A DNA stretch of 64,000 nt from assembly GCA_964016885.1 (NCBI GenBank), contig OZ024740.1, forward strand, positions 109,554,001-109,618,000. The letters are read 5' to 3'. Positions 63,636-64,000 of the stretch are shown in pieces (within the stretch, counting starts at the first letter, position 1; every line of letters begins with the position of its first letter). The notes under the pieces were generated by a model. That model made no database searches. It was given only the letters and a program-made list of their open reading frames with translations, and was not told the DNA's origin. Origin of the DNA: Eledone cirrhosa. Taxonomy: Eukaryota. The position numbers were made by a program, and so were the translations under genes.

Positions 63636-63814
63636 ACACACACATATATCAACATCATCATTGTTTAATGTTCATCTTCCATGCTAGCATGGGTAGGACA
63701 GGCTGTCCCTTTGTGAGGGATCAGGCCGGGGGACTGTGATTTGCTCACACAGAACTGATTTGGCTTGGTTTCTATGGCTGGATGCCCTTCCTGACACCAA
63801 GTACATTATATATG

Positions 63815-64000
63815 AAGGTGCATGGCTTAGTGGTTAGAGCATTGGGCTTGCAATTGAAAGGTTGTGAGTTCAATTCTCAGACTGGGTGATGTGTTGTTTC
63901 CTTGAGCAAGACACTTTATTTCACATTGCTCCAGTTTACTCAGCTGTAGAAATGAGATGATTGGACTGGAAAGTGGTCGTGGAGGTGCCACGGCAAAAAA
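63815..64000 (+). mobile_element. tRNA-derived SINE, running off the window end
   Basis: Near-identical head to 38400-38545, followed by the start of the RTE-type tail. Confidence 0.88.

Noticed and set aside
63815-63890. tRNA gene
   Set aside because: A and B boxes are present, but the sequence runs into a SINE body and has multiple diverged copies, so it is a SINE head.

Overview
AT-rich, microsatellite-dense animal genomic DNA, most likely from an octopus or another cephalopod (inferred from the SINE and RTE repeat types, not proven). I could not support any host protein-coding gene, rRNA, tRNA or CRISPR array. The window is a nested stack of transposable elements. It holds RTE-clade LINEs, including two young ~2.3-3 kb copies in inverted orientation that carry a PHD-type zinc finger inside the RT region. 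It also holds at least five Penelope-like (GIY-YIG) retroelement remnants, CRE-like, R4-like, CR1-like and Gypsy fragments, a Chapaev3-type DNA transposon with both termini and a TAA duplication, a piggyBac-type MITE with an empty paralogous site, and tRNA-derived SINEs with RTE tails. The most striking signal is a dispersed set of hammerhead-ribozyme (HHR) motifs. Most lie in short non-coding palindromic elements of about 70-250 bp next to (TA)n tracts, and the fold-back centre always falls at or just 5' of the ribozyme core. A Penelope ORF flanked by 1,017-bp inverted arms that each carry an intact HHR suggests the likely autonomous partner and mechanism. All RNA folds were read by eye and none has been computed or tested.
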